Shown here piece by piece: positions 1 to 11,457 of a stretch of 64,000 nt of DNA (positions are counted from its first letter, which is position 1; each line of letters starts with the position of its first letter). The stretch comes from Octopus sinensis. Lineage: Eukaryota. A program made the position numbers and the translations under genes. A model generated the notes under the pieces. That model was not told where the DNA came from and made no database searches. It saw only the letters and a list, made by a program, of their open reading frames with translations. The stretch is taken from the NCBI RefSeq assembly GCF_006345805.1, contig NC_043000.1, positions 108,066,001 through 108,130,000 on the forward strand, written 5' to 3'.

Positions 1-941
1 ACTGCAGCAAAATATACAATTTCACATAATAATTTTCAAAATAACCGTTGAATTTCCACAGGTATTGCTGGGTTGTATATATTGTACTACTATGTTATTC
101 AAGTTATTTACTCATAAACCAGGTTTTAAGACGGTGATGTATGACAAAATTGTCAAATATGTCGTCTGTTAATGTCAGAATTAGTTTAGTTAGTAATTCT
201 AGAATTTCGAGGCGCCGCGAAGAGGCTTCCTTGGCTACCAGGCCACCTTGTGAAATTAATGAACACCGACACCAAATTGTTGTAAACATATAACAACTAT
301 TGAGAAACTCGCAGAACATATAGTTATTGCTTATATATAATAAATGTTGAGAAATGTACAGAACAAGTATTTATTGACAGCTAGATGTTGTCGAATATCA
401 ACACAAAAGATGTCGCAGTCAGTGATCAAGTGGTTTGCATTTCAAATAATTTAAAACAAGAGAAGAAAACTATAACAGTACGTACATGCAAATGTATGTA
501 AGCATATAACACACAGACACAGACACATACACACACACAGACACAGACACATACACACACACAGACACAGACAACACACACATGTTTCTGGAAAGTTTAA
601 AATCGTTAAGAGAAATTATGCTATTGAAAAGACAGGTGAAAATGTAACGTATCCCAAACAGGCTCATTAAAGATTCAAATTTGTGAAGTAAACGACGTGA
701 TAATATATTTAATACTGAGGCAGATGCTAAAGAATCTTTCGTCATAAATATTCAATATGGTTTTTCCGTTTTTGCTAAAATATAGTAATGTGTAGTAATT
801 TACAAAATACCTAAGTATTGCTAAAGTGTAGTAGCTATGTAATATAATAAATACCTACACATTGCTAACATAGAAACTGTACAGAAATTCACAAATAACT
901 TAACAATAGTTATTATTCAGAAATTTACCCAACACCTAATT

Positions 942-1335
942 GGGATCTTTTCGGTTTGAACGGCAGTTTTTTAAAATAATTTCCACGTAACTAAACACTT
1001 TTAAACTTCGTATACTAGTAGAATGTGTTTATAAAACATCTTTTTCTCTTGACTTTATTGAGAAAATTCTATAGTTTGTAAGATATTTGTTGTTTTTTTC
1101 TTCAAGTTCTGCAATTTCAACCAATCAATGACGTCTATTGAGGTGAAAACATTCTGTGCCGTATGAATATGTTCCTCGTTTAAAAAACAGATTGGGTTTA
1201 TTTACATCCCCTACCCTAACTAACCCTACCCAAAAACAGATTGAAATGCAATAGATCTATACTAGGGTCATAATTATGGGTGACAATTTCATATGACACC
1301 GCTAGAAAAACTGCCGTTCAAACCGAAAAAATCCC
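942..1335. mobile_element. 394-bp MITE (superfamily unassigned)
   Basis: TIRs of about 30 bp (GGGATCTTTTCGGTTTGAACGGCAGTTTTT / AAAAACTGCCGTTCAAACCGAAAAAATCCC, 1 mismatch). CTAATT is duplicated on both flanks (936-941, 1336-1341). No ORF. Confidence 0.85.
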
Positions 1336-2532
1336 CTAATTGTTGCTAACATGCAGTTACTATTTCAAAATTTACAGAACATTTAGTTATTTCTCATATA
1401 CAACAATTGAATAGAATTCTACAAAAAAACCTGGTATCGCAAAAGTATAGTAACACATAATTGTTGCGAACATATAGTAACTATTTAGAAACTCAAAATA
1501 TTTAGTTATTTCTAATGTATAATAAATACTCTTTCATCCATGTGGAGTCGATTAAAGAAGTACCAGTAGAAAAATGGAGTCGATGTAATCGACCTACACT
1601 GTCTCCCTAAATTGCTGACCTTGTGCTAAATATTTAGAGAAATTTTGAGACCAACTAGTTATTGAGAGCTAGTTATTGTTGTCGGACATCAATACGCAAG
1701 ATATTTGTTATAATATTTGTTTCGGACCTTGGGAGAAGACAATAATTTGATATTAAAACTTTTCTTTGTTGACGATATAAAATTGATTTCATTCTGCTTG
1801 GGCTGATACCGGTTTCTTTGACGTGGTCTATGAAGAATCTAGAATGAGGAAGACTTGGCTTCAGTTTATCTGGAAAATAAATTTAATCTTCTTTAGTAAA
1901 AATTATAAACATAACTATAATCAAAAGTAAATCTTCTATATCATGTTTATAATCACAAGCATGATATATAGTATTGACATTATAATCATTAATTCGTTGC
2001 AAGGTATTATATTTATAATTACGAACTCATTTTATTATGAGAAGATTACAATCATTAACGCATTATAATGTTATATTTGTTATGGCAAATTCATTGTATG
2101 TTCTGAAGATTATTAACACAGGGTCATTGTATGATGTGTACAATCATAAACTCATTGTGTGCTATCAAGACTATGATAGCATACCTATTGAATGGTGAAA
2201 TTTTCAAGTGTATTTAATATCAGGGATTCTGAATGCTTCATTATCACCATGAATAGCTGTTATGTTTCCATAGCATTAATAGTGGTGATTGGCAGAAGTG
2301 AAAATACGTTGGGCATAATGACTGATACTAATTTATTCCGTGTTGCTATATTTTCCTATCCTTTACTTTTTTTTTTCATACTTTTGTCAAGAAAAAAATA
2401 TATCATGTAGCCAATGACTGTATCGCAAATAGTACCCGGATTCTAGATTCTGAGTTCAAATCCGGGGTAGTTCAGGTTAATATTTATTCGTTCATGCTTT
2501 TTCGCAAGAAATAAATCTTGGGAAAATATACA

Positions 2533-2681
2533 GGCGATGCCATGGCTGTGTGGTAAGAAATTTGATTCCCGACTACATGGTTCTGTGTGGCACCTTGGGC
2601 AAGTATCTCCTGCCATAGCTTCGGGCCGAACAACGCCTTGTGAGTTGATTTGGTTGATGGAAATTAAAAGAAGCCCTTCGT

Positions 2682-2713
<32 letters not shown>

Positions 2714-2800
2714 GGGTGCCTTTGTCTCTATATTTGTCCCTCATCGCCACTTGACAACCGTTGTTGGCGTGGTGTTTTCGTCCCCGTGACGTTGCAGCGG
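2533..2800 (+). mobile_element. tRNA-derived SINE family A (long, internal microsatellite), 3'-truncated
   Basis: Head GGCG..TGGCTGTGTGGTAAG (A-box-like), body GGCACCTTGGGCAAG..GGGCCGA..CCTTGTGAG, internal (TA)n. Homologous to copies at 5684, 39269 and 55121/57423. Confidence 0.8.
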
Positions 2801-3194
2801 CATTCGTTCTAAGCTAAAGTCTCAGTGAGATGAATTTTGCGTTTCATTTTACCATAAATATAATGTCAGTGTTCCTTCTGAAGTCGTTGCTACTTTTTCT
2901 CTATAAACAGTAATCGGCTACAAAGAGTTTTCCAAACCTGGAAAGAGATAAGATTTGGCATGGCTAGGGGCAATGGACGGTAAAATTTTGACTGAACCTG
3001 GAGAGATTGAAGCGGGAAGGATATAGATCTGTTCAATCGAATATAAGATTTCTGTTAGAAAATGAACTTTAATCTATTTAATTCATCAGTAGTATACAAC
3101 ATTAAGAACAGCTATATTTAATAAAAAGAAAGGTCATTAACTAATTCTAATGTTATTGGGCAGTGCCCGTGACGTATATATTAAACTCATTAAG

Positions 3195-3575
3195 GGCGGC
3201 GAGATGGCAGGAACGTTAGAACGCCGGGCCAAATGCTTACCGGTATTTCGTCTGTCTTTACGTTCCGAGTTCAAATTCCGCCGAGGTCGACTTTGCCTTT
3301 CATCCTTTCAGGGTCGATAAATTAAGTACCAGTTACGCACTGGGGTCGATCTAATTGACTGGCCCCCTCCCCCAAAATTTCGGCCTTGTGCCTATAGTAG
3401 AAAATGTTACATTCTAAGTTTCAATTCCGCCGGGGTCGACTTCGCCTTTCATCCTTTCGGGGTCGATTAAATAAGTACCAGTTATGCACTGGGGTCGATG
3501 TAATCGACATAATCCCTTTGTTTGTCCTTGTTTGTCCCCTCTATGTTTAGCCCCTTGTGGGTAATAAAGAAATAT
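3195..3575 (+). mobile_element. tRNA-derived SINE family B, full copy plus partial tandem copy
   Basis: Head GGCGGCGAGATGGCAGGAACGTTAG, B-box-like GAGTTCAAATTCC. The central GCCTTTCATCCTTTC(A/G)GGGTCGAT..AAGTACCAG block occurs twice (about 3295 and 3445). Confidence 0.85.
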
Positions 3576-4309
3576 ATTAAACTCATTCCTTAAGTCCTAT
3601 TATTTATTATTAAATAATAAATAATGCTTCATTTTTGTATCGAAAACTCCACAGTAAATTTTGACACATATGGTTATCATTCGAGGACATGACATAAGAA
3701 TAATTAGGCAGACTTTCGAATATATGCGGATGCATGCAGGCTTGCACACATACGTATATAGCGAAACATACGAATCTACACATGCACTGACTCCAAATAT
3801 TGCACACATATACAGAAACATGCACAAATACCCTGTTGAAAATTTTGAGATTACAATGCCTTGGATCAGGGTTCGAAACCGGCTCTTTGTCTATTGGTAA
3901 GGAATCTTAAAATAAAACTGAATAACATATATTCATACATACATATCATATATTGTTTATATAATTTATCTAATAATTCAATTGAGAATCATAAAATTTG
4001 GGGTTTTCTCACAATCATATTGTTAACTACAATTTCATCTCCCAACGAGAATGTATGTATGTCTTCAAAGTTCAGATAATCAGATACGACCAGCATTATT
4101 AACGGGCTATAACATGTTTCCGTTAGTACTTCAGTTTCTGGTTGCAGAGATAGTACTTAGAATGCGAAACCTAGAAAGTAAATTGTTGCTCTATGTTTGT
4201 ATGAAACATTGATTAAAGGAATGTGCAAACATTCTCTGTTAGAAAATACAGATTTTAGACAGGTCAACCGAAAGTAATATATACAGACATGCAGGTATAC
4301 ATAAATGTA

Positions 4310-4455
4310 TACATATGTATGTATGTGTACATGTATGTATGTATGTATGTATGTATGTATGTATGTATGTATGTATGTATGTATGTATGTATGCATGCAT
4401 GTATGTATGTATGTATGTATGTATGTATGCATCTGTCGGTCTGCCTATCTATCTA

Positions 4456-4488
<33 letters not shown>

Positions 4489-4490
4489 AT
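4310..4490. repeat. compound microsatellite (TATG)n/(TCTA)n/(TCTG)n
   Basis: Directly visible. Source of the spurious MYVC/YIHT ORFs. Confidence 0.95.
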
Positions 4491-4839
4491 GCATATATGT
4501 CATATTTTATGTATATTTAATGTATAAAAACAATAAATAACAGATTTTTACACAAAGCGTTCATCGGAAATGCTATCTTATAACAAACATCGCAGTAAAT
4601 GGCCTTTCGACAGATAGTGTACGTTATTATATACAATGATATAGTTGTCTAATTTAATTAAATATTGACTCAATTGCGTATACACATATATAAATATAGG
4701 CGCCCGTATCCTAACAAACGTACATGAAAGAGAGAGTATGCATGTATGTATAAGTATGTACGCGAACGCACACACACACACACACACACACACTAGCGCG
4801 CACACACGCACACATGCACGCAGGCACGCACGTATGTAA

Positions 4840-5145
4840 GTAGCTTACCAGAGTATTCGACTCACAATTTTAAGGTCGTGAGTTCGATACCTGACGGCGC
4901 ATTATGTCTTTGGGCACGACACTTTATTTGATGCTGTTCCGGTTCACTCAACTGGAAAAACGTGAGTCGTACTTGTATTTCAAACTGCCAACCTTCTCTG
5001 AGTGTGTTCCACACTGCATCTCACAGGGAACTATTTAAGATTAATGAGTGCCACTAGAGTACTTTGCCACTTGCAAGTTAATTTCACGAGCTGGGTGTTC
5101 TGTTAAATAGGATCAACCTGTACTCTCGTAGTCGTAACCGACAGA
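4840..5145 (+). mobile_element. decayed tRNA-derived SINE family C
   Basis: GGTCGTGAGTTCGATACC (B-box-like) followed by TTATGTCTTTGGGCACGACACTT. Similar to 29820-30090. Confidence 0.55.
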
Positions 5146-5652
5146 CTGTTAGCATACACACACACACACACCTACACACGCACACACAAACACTTCTACC
5201 CACACACAAGCGCATGTGACAGGTAGAGTGTTGCGGTGATTTATAATAGATGAAACTGGAAGAGTGCTGTTGAACCCAATTACGCAATGATGGCTAGGAA
5301 TGGTAATTGAAGAGAAAGCTTTTGGTTGGTGGGATAATTGGTAGGATATTGCTTTCATAGCTTAGTAATAAAAACGACAGCGGCAATCAACTTTATTTAA
5401 TTGTCATTATGCGCAAATATCTATGACTAGAAATGGTGACAAAAAATGTGGGCTGTGCTTATCTCTTTCCCTTTCGCTCTCCACACATAGGCACACGTGT
5501 GTGTGTATGAATCTATGTGTGTGTGTATGTGTATATGTGTATGTAAGGACAATTCTTTTGGGGAAAGGTTTAACTGGAAGCAGATGATGCTATAAATATC
5601 CGTGTGTTGTGGAAGTGGCTGTCTATGGGATGAAAATATATATGGGGTCTTA

Positions 5653-5683
<31 letters not shown>

Positions 5684-5860
5684 GGCGCTGGGGTGGCTGT
5701 GTGGTAAGAAGCTTGCTTCTGAACTACATGGTTTCACGTTGACTTGCCCAAGGTGTGACGCATGTTAGACAAGTGCCTTTCACTATAGCCTCGGGCCCAC
5801 CAAAGACTTGTGTGTGTATTCGATAACGGAAACTGAAAGAAGCCTCTCGTATATATATGC

Positions 5861-5923
<63 letters not shown>

Positions 5924-6134
5924 TGAGTGTGTGTGTCTTTTTATCTGTGTTTGTCACCTCACCATTCATCATTTTACAGCCGGTGTTGGTGTGTTTACGT
6001 CCCCGGTAAAAGTGACTGATATATTGAGTACTAGGCTTAATAAATAAGTCCTGGATTTGATTTATTTGACAAAAACTCTTTCGGGATATGTTACAGCATG
6101 GCCGAAGTTAGAATGACTGAAGCAACTAAAAGAA

Positions 6135-6135
<1 letters not shown>
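5684..6135 (+). mobile_element. SINE family A, near full length
   Basis: GGCGCTGGGGTGGCTGTGTGGTAAGAAGCTTGC head, GGAAACTGAAAGAAGCC, internal (TA)n, CAGCATGGCC..TGACTGAAGCAACTAAAAGA tail. Confidence 0.85.
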
Positions 6136-6279
<144 letters not shown>

Positions 6280-6793
6280 AGACTGGTAGATGAGAGAGAA
6301 GAAAGGAGAAAACTATTCAAATGTTATATGCTATAGAACTGGAGATGATATTTTAATGACTCTAGCTACAGAAGATCACTTTGTAACTCGCAAACAGTCA
6401 TGTGTTCTTCGTCTATATCGAAACCTCTTTCGTTATCGTTCCTAAAAGGTTTCATATAATTTCTAAACTCCACCGATTCCAGACAATCAAGCTAGTGATT
6501 TCTCGTAGAAGGATTTCTCTCCCATAAAAATATGGCGCGCAAACGAGAACAGTATAATTGATTGAATTAATCGAACTGTTTCACAATTTAGCGAATGAAA
6601 ATCATAAAAACCGCCGATAAGGTATCGGTATTTTAGCTCTAGAGTTTTATCTTCATATTTAATTACCTGTGATGTTTCCAAATCAATGACCTTATTAGCC
6701 ATCAACCGAGCGTACCGTCGACCGGAGTAGAGGTTATCATTCTTCTTCCTCGTTATTATATTCTTTATCCAGTAATTATGTTCTTTCAAAGAC

Positions 6794-6970
6794 TGACAGC
6801 GAACAAGCCGAATCATTAGAGCGCCGGATAAAACGTTTTTTTTTTTTGTGGTATTAATATTTATTCCAGCCTTCTGCGCTCAGAGATCAAATCCTGCAGA
6901 AATCAACTTAGCATCCCATTCCTTTCAGGTCGATAAATATAGATACCAGTTCAGCTATTTGATTTGGCAA
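6794..6970 (+). mobile_element. decayed SINE family B
   Basis: GAATCATTAGAGCGCCGG head and CATTCCTTTCAGGTCGATAAATATAGATACCAG central block. Confidence 0.65.
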
Positions 6971-7389
6971 TATTGTTATAGCGCTGGAAATGGTACCTAT
7001 TTTGGTAGTAAATTGTGCCAAACTGACTCCGACTTTACCATTTCACATGGACAACAGATGCTTTCCATAAACAAATTAGACAATAATTCTTACCTAGGCG
7101 TGTGCATTGAAGTGGAAATGTTCGGGTGCAAATCTCACGACATATTTGGTGATCTAGAGTGGGCTTTCTTTCACCAAATTAGCATACGTATACACATAAA
7201 GAGAATCAGCCCTTCCCATCTATCTGTAGATAGCACTTTTCAAGTGGATGCTGGGTACCTCAGAAACCTGGTAGCAGGTCTGAATAGTGTAACTTGATAT
7301 ATGGATACAAAGCTTCTCATTTCAAGAACCCATGAATTGTGGTGGCGGCCATCTTTTTTCCACCGCGTTTAATCTCTGAGAATCTCTAA

Positions 7390-7900
7390 GCTTTCTTCCA
7401 ATTGATCAAGCATAAAGAATAAATACTTAAAGAAATAAAACAAAAAGAATACAAAAGCGTGTTCGAATAAGCTTGCTGCATCCGGAATGAATCTGTTTTT
7501 GATTAAGTAAAGAAATGAAAGAATATATTGAATGATAAGAGAATAACAGGATAAAAGAATTAAAGAATAAATGGATAAATACATACAGAAACGAATGAAT
7601 GAAAGAAATAATGAAAGAATTAAACAATAAAAGAACGATCCAAACGAATAATAAATAAATGAATGGACCAACGAATAAATGAATAAATAAACGAAGGAAT
7701 GAATGAAGGGGCGAATAATGAATAAAGGAAGGAATTAGAGAATGAAGAGTGAACAAATGAATGAAAGAGCAAATGATTGAACGAAATAAATGAATAAAAG
7801 CATAAAAGAGATAACAAATAAATAAACGAAAGAATAATAAAGAAATATGAGAAGAAAAAATGACAAATAAATGCAAAAATGAATTGGATTTAGAAATATA
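7390..7900. repeat. degenerate (GAAT/AAAT)-rich low-complexity tract
   Basis: Purine-biased imperfect tetranucleotide repeats. Explains the F/I/L/H-rich minus-strand ORFs. Confidence 0.85.
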
Positions 7901-8595
7901 TGGCAGAAATTCAAAAAGGAAAGGAATTATAAATGTCTAAATAAACAACTTTTACTTATTTCAGTTATTGGACTGCGGCCATGCTGGGGCACCGCTTTAT
8001 AGGATGTATTCGGCAGCAGTACTTGTTTTTTTTTTAATATGTGCTACGCAGTCTCATCGGTGCCTTGGGCCGAATCACCCAAGTTTCAGAGACGTTAACA
8101 AACCAGCACTGCATTATCAAGCAATGGAGGTGGTGAGGGGATAAGCCCCACCCCACGTGTGTGTGTGTGTGTGTATCTATGTATATGTATGTATGTGTAT
8201 TTGCCCCTAACCACGTATATATATATATATACAGATGTGTACAACAGGATTCCACACAGTTTCCTCTATCAAATTCTCTCACAAAACATTGGTCGGCCAG
8301 GGGCTATACTAGAACATAGTATGCCTAATGTGCTGTGCATGGAGACTGAACTGGAGGCCATTTAGTTGCAAACAGAGCTTCTTAACCACACCACACAGAC
8401 ATAGTTTCGACTAAAATACAAGTAATAAACAAAACGACAACAACAAAAATCATTCCTGCGAGGCCTGCTATCTTAGGAAATGTTAATCCTCTGTAGACCC
8501 AGGAGGATCACTCTGACGCAACGTTGCTGCCATTGATTTATGTTCCTTTCCCTATAACTCTAAACATCACCACCGTTATGTTGCTACTTCGTTTA

Positions 8596-8760
8596 TCTTT
8601 TACTTGTTTCCGTCATTAGCTCACAGAAATGATAAGATACCACCTTAAGGAATTTTTAGTTGAATGAATCGACCTCACGATTTATTTTTTAAATCCTAGT
8701 ATTTATTCTAGCTTTCATTTTGGCATCAATGCTAGTTACGGTGACGTAAATACACCAATA
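8596..8760 (-). mobile_element. SINE family A 3' fragment
   Basis: Reverse complement of the family A tail (TCTTTTACTTGTTTCCGTCATT) and of GGTGTATTTACGTCACCGTAAC. Confidence 0.65.
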
Positions 8761-8763
8761 TAT

Positions 8764-8797
<34 letters not shown>

Positions 8798-8800
<3 letters not shown>

Positions 8801-9470
8801 TAAATAAATGGCACAACGAAGTAACGATATTTACTGGAAAATAGCGAACGTAATAAATACGACGCTAATGTATAGCTTCACAGCGTATGTACTAGCAAAA
8901 ATGCGTGTGTGCAACAAACATGAAAAAAATTGTCTTACCTCTAGGGAGAACATCTGAAAAATGAAGTACCTAGAAATAGATAATGTGGTACCGGTTTCAG
9001 ATTCTTCAAAATATGTCTGCCCACATATATTTGATTTATCCTCATCAGCCACATATACCTCGACAATATTTCAAATGTTGCCACATCCATGGCAGTACAC
9101 TCGACTGAACACCAAAACGTTGACAGAACGAGAACAGTGAAGAAGTTTCAATGAAAATAGTAATGCAATACGAGAGTATTGCTTTCCAGTAAAGGATAAA
9201 ATTATACATAAAAGTAAATAAATGGCACAACGAAGTACCGATATTTACTGGAAAATAGCGAACGTAATAAATACAACGCTAATGTATAGCTTCACAACGT
9301 ATGTACTAGCAAAAATGCGTGTGTGCAACAAACATGAAAAAAATTGTCTTACCTCTATCGGTAAATATCGGTACTTCGTTGTGCCATTTATTTACTTTTA
9401 TGTATAATTTTACCCTCACGGGCTATCCTTTACTGGAAAGCAATACTCTCGTATTGCATTACTATTTTCA
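8798..9470 (-). mobile_element. non-autonomous PLE-type / retrozyme-like element, family H1 (414-bp unit + partial tandem + inverted segment)
   Basis: Unit 8800-9213 is repeated partially at 9214-9357. Segment 9361-9470 is an inverted copy of about 9152-9249 with 12 extra nt. Contains an HHR and is flanked by (TA)n on both sides. Confidence 0.8.
8983..9054 (-). ncRNA. type I hammerhead ribozyme (family H1)
   Basis: Minus strand reads AUGUGG-CUGAUGA-GGAU[hairpin]AUCU-GAA-ACCGGU-A|CCACAU. Stem I 6 bp, intact core, palindromic stem III, GUA triplet. Predicted cleavage between 8989 and 8988. Confidence 0.9.
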
Positions 9471-9621
9471 TATATATATATATTATATATATATATATAT
9501 TAACAATTAAGGAACGGCCATAATAGGCCATTCACCCACTAGAAATAACAGCCAAAGCTTCTACCGCAAATAAAGATTAATTCCGTAAACAGGAGAAAAT
9601 TAAAAAAACATTTACCCTGTA

Positions 9622-9727
9622 ATTTCTTGTACGGTATACCGTTTCATCCGCTGTTAATGGTAAACTAACCTGATTAAATTAAATCAAGCCAATCTTCCAT
9701 AAGCCCTCGGATTCTTCAGCAAGAAAT
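9622..9727 (-). ncRNA. type I hammerhead ribozyme (H2 copy 1)
   Basis: AUUUCUUG-CUGAAGA-AUCCG[long imperfect hairpin]CGGAU-GAA-ACGGUAUACCGU-A|CAAGAAAU. Stem I 8 bp, stem II base 5 bp, 12-nt palindromic stem III. Confidence 0.92.
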
Positions 9728-10111
9728 AGCTCAAGTCGGAACAGATATTTACACGAGGCATACCCAATCTTGCCAAGGCAATATCTGACCTAAAATTTTC
9801 AAATCGTCGCACTCGCGCCAAATTTATCGGCAGCAAATAAATATCAGCCGTCGATTCCATTACGGAATTAACCAAAAAATTCATAATTAATCAATATAGG
9901 GTGGCAAGGAAAATTTTGTAGAATTTTATTGCCACCAGCGGCCCAGTGGGAAAAAATTAAATAGTCATAGACCATTTTTAAGTTCAACATTAACAATTAA
10001 GGAACGGCCATAATAGGCCATTCACCCACTAGAAATAACAGCCAAAGCTTCTACCGCAAATAAAGATTAATTCCGTAAACAGGAGAAAATTAAAAAAACA
10101 TTTACCCTGTA

Positions 10112-10218
10112 ATTTCTTGTACGGTATACCGTTTCATCCGCTGTTTAATGGTAAACTAACCTGATTAAATTAAATCAAGCCAATCTTCCATAAGCCCTCG
10201 GATTCTTCAGCAAGAAAT
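10112..10218 (-). ncRNA. type I hammerhead ribozyme (H2 copy 2)
   Basis: Same motif as copy 1. Predicted cleavage 10120/10119. Confidence 0.92.
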
Positions 10219-10602
10219 AGCTCAAGTCGGAACAGATATTTACACGAGGCATACCCAATCTTGCCAAGGCAATATCTGACCTAAAATTTTCAAATCGTCG
10301 CACTCGCGCCAAATTTATCGGCAGCAAATAAATATCAGCCGTCGATTCCATTACGGAATTAACCAAAAAATTCATAATTAATCAATATAGGGTGGCAAGG
10401 AAAATTTTGTAGAATTTTATTGCCACCAGCGGCCCAGTGGGAAAAAATTAAATAGTCATAGACCATTTTTAAGTTCAACATTAACAATTAAGGAACGGCC
10501 ATAATAGGCCATTCACCCACTAGAAATAACAGCCAAAGCTTCTACCGCAAATAAAGATTAATTCCGTAAACAGGAGAAAATTAAAAAAACATTTACCCTG
10601 TA

Positions 10603-10709
10603 ATTTCTTGTACGGTATACCGTTTCATCCGCTGTTTAATGGTAAACTAACCTGATTAAATTAAATCAAGCCAATCTTCCATAAGCCCTCGGATTCTTCA
10701 GCAAGAAAT
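10603..10709 (-). ncRNA. type I hammerhead ribozyme (H2 copy 3)
   Basis: Same motif. Predicted cleavage 10611/10610. Confidence 0.92.
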
Positions 10710-11093
10710 AGCTCAAGTCGGAACAGATATTTACACGAGGCATACCCAATCTTGCCAAGGCAATATCTGACCTAAAATTTTCAAATCGTCGCACTCGCGC
10801 CAAATTTATCGGCAGCAAATAAATATCAGCCGTCGATTCCATTACGGAATTAACCAAAAAATTCATAATTAATCAATATAGGGTGGCAAGGAAAATTTTG
10901 TAGAATTTTATTGCCACCAGCGGCCCAGTGGGAAAAAATTAAATAGTCATAGACCATTTTTAAGTTCAACATTAACAATTAAGGAACGGCCATAATAGGC
11001 CATTCACCCACTAGAAATAACAGCCAAAGCTTCTACCGCAAATAAAGATTAATTCCGTAAACAGGAGAAAATTAAAAAAACATTTACCCTGTA

Positions 11094-11200
11094 ATTTCTT
11101 GTACGGTATACCGTTTCATCCGCTGTTTAATGGTAAACTAACCTGATTAAATTAAATCAAGCCAATCTTCCATAAGCCCTCGGATTCTTCAGCAAGAAAT
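11094..11200 (-). ncRNA. type I hammerhead ribozyme (H2 copy 4)
   Basis: Same motif. Predicted cleavage 11102/11101. Confidence 0.92.
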
Positions 11201-11294
11201 AGCTCAAGTCGGAACAGATATTTACACGAGGCATACCCAATCTTGCCAAGGCAATATCTGACCTAAAATTTTCAAATCGTCGCACTTATATTGA

Positions 11295-11333
<39 letters not shown>

Positions 11334-11400
11334 TATATATATATCTTTATAAAAATGAAGTTTGAAAACCCCACTATATAAGATGAATTTTAATTTTCTT

Positions 11401-11457
11401 AGAGATGTTACATGTTTCGGTTCTTCTTGAAAAAAACGAACCTTAACAAAGATATTT
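11401..11457 (-). ncRNA. decayed hammerhead-like motif
   Basis: Stem II GGUUC/GAACC, GAA, palindromic ACAUGU and A17 are intact. The core is degenerated to UUGUUAA and stem I matches 5/8. Confidence 0.4.

Larger units (their letters stand above)
9499..11302 (-). repeat. 491-bp tandem array (about 3.6 copies) with one hammerhead per unit; non-LTR retrozyme-like, family H2
   Basis: Units start at 9501, 9991, 10482 and 10973 (last truncated at 11286). Copies look identical by eye except a 1-nt indel in copy 1. The array ends in a 16-nt inverted copy of unit sequence (11287-11302) and is flanked by (TA)n. Confidence 0.9.

Noticed and set aside
189-239. Hammerhead-like arrangement (minus strand; GAA-AUUCUAGAAUU palindrome)
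   Set aside because: The core reads CCAAGGA (2 substitutions), stem II does not abut GAAA, and a deletion must be assumed. Too many repairs.
1800-1870. T-ACCGGT-TTC palindrome resembling the H1 stem III
   Set aside because: No matching CUGANGA or stem I partner at a plausible distance.
6667-6792. 126-nt phase-0 open candidate exon (SLKEHNYWIKNIITRKKNDNLYSGRRYARLMANKVIDLETSQ) with AG/GT ends
   Set aside because: The acceptor lies in an antisense SINE head, the protein family is unrecognised, and no partner exons were found.
6848-7297. 149-aa ORF with CIEVEMFGC, reminiscent of a discoidin/F5-8C C-terminus
   Set aside because: The first third is SINE-derived and the rest of the discoidin pattern is missing.
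9684-9884. 66-aa ORF repeated in each 491-bp unit (MNFLVNSVMESTAD...)
   Set aside because: No recognisable domain and it runs through the ribozyme core. Its recurrence is explained by the tandem duplication, so it is not called as a CDS.
9499-11302. CRISPR, rDNA or tandem ncRNA-gene interpretation of the array
   Set aside because: No repeat-spacer structure and no 5S/tRNA/snRNA motifs. The HHR and PLE-type ends explain it better.
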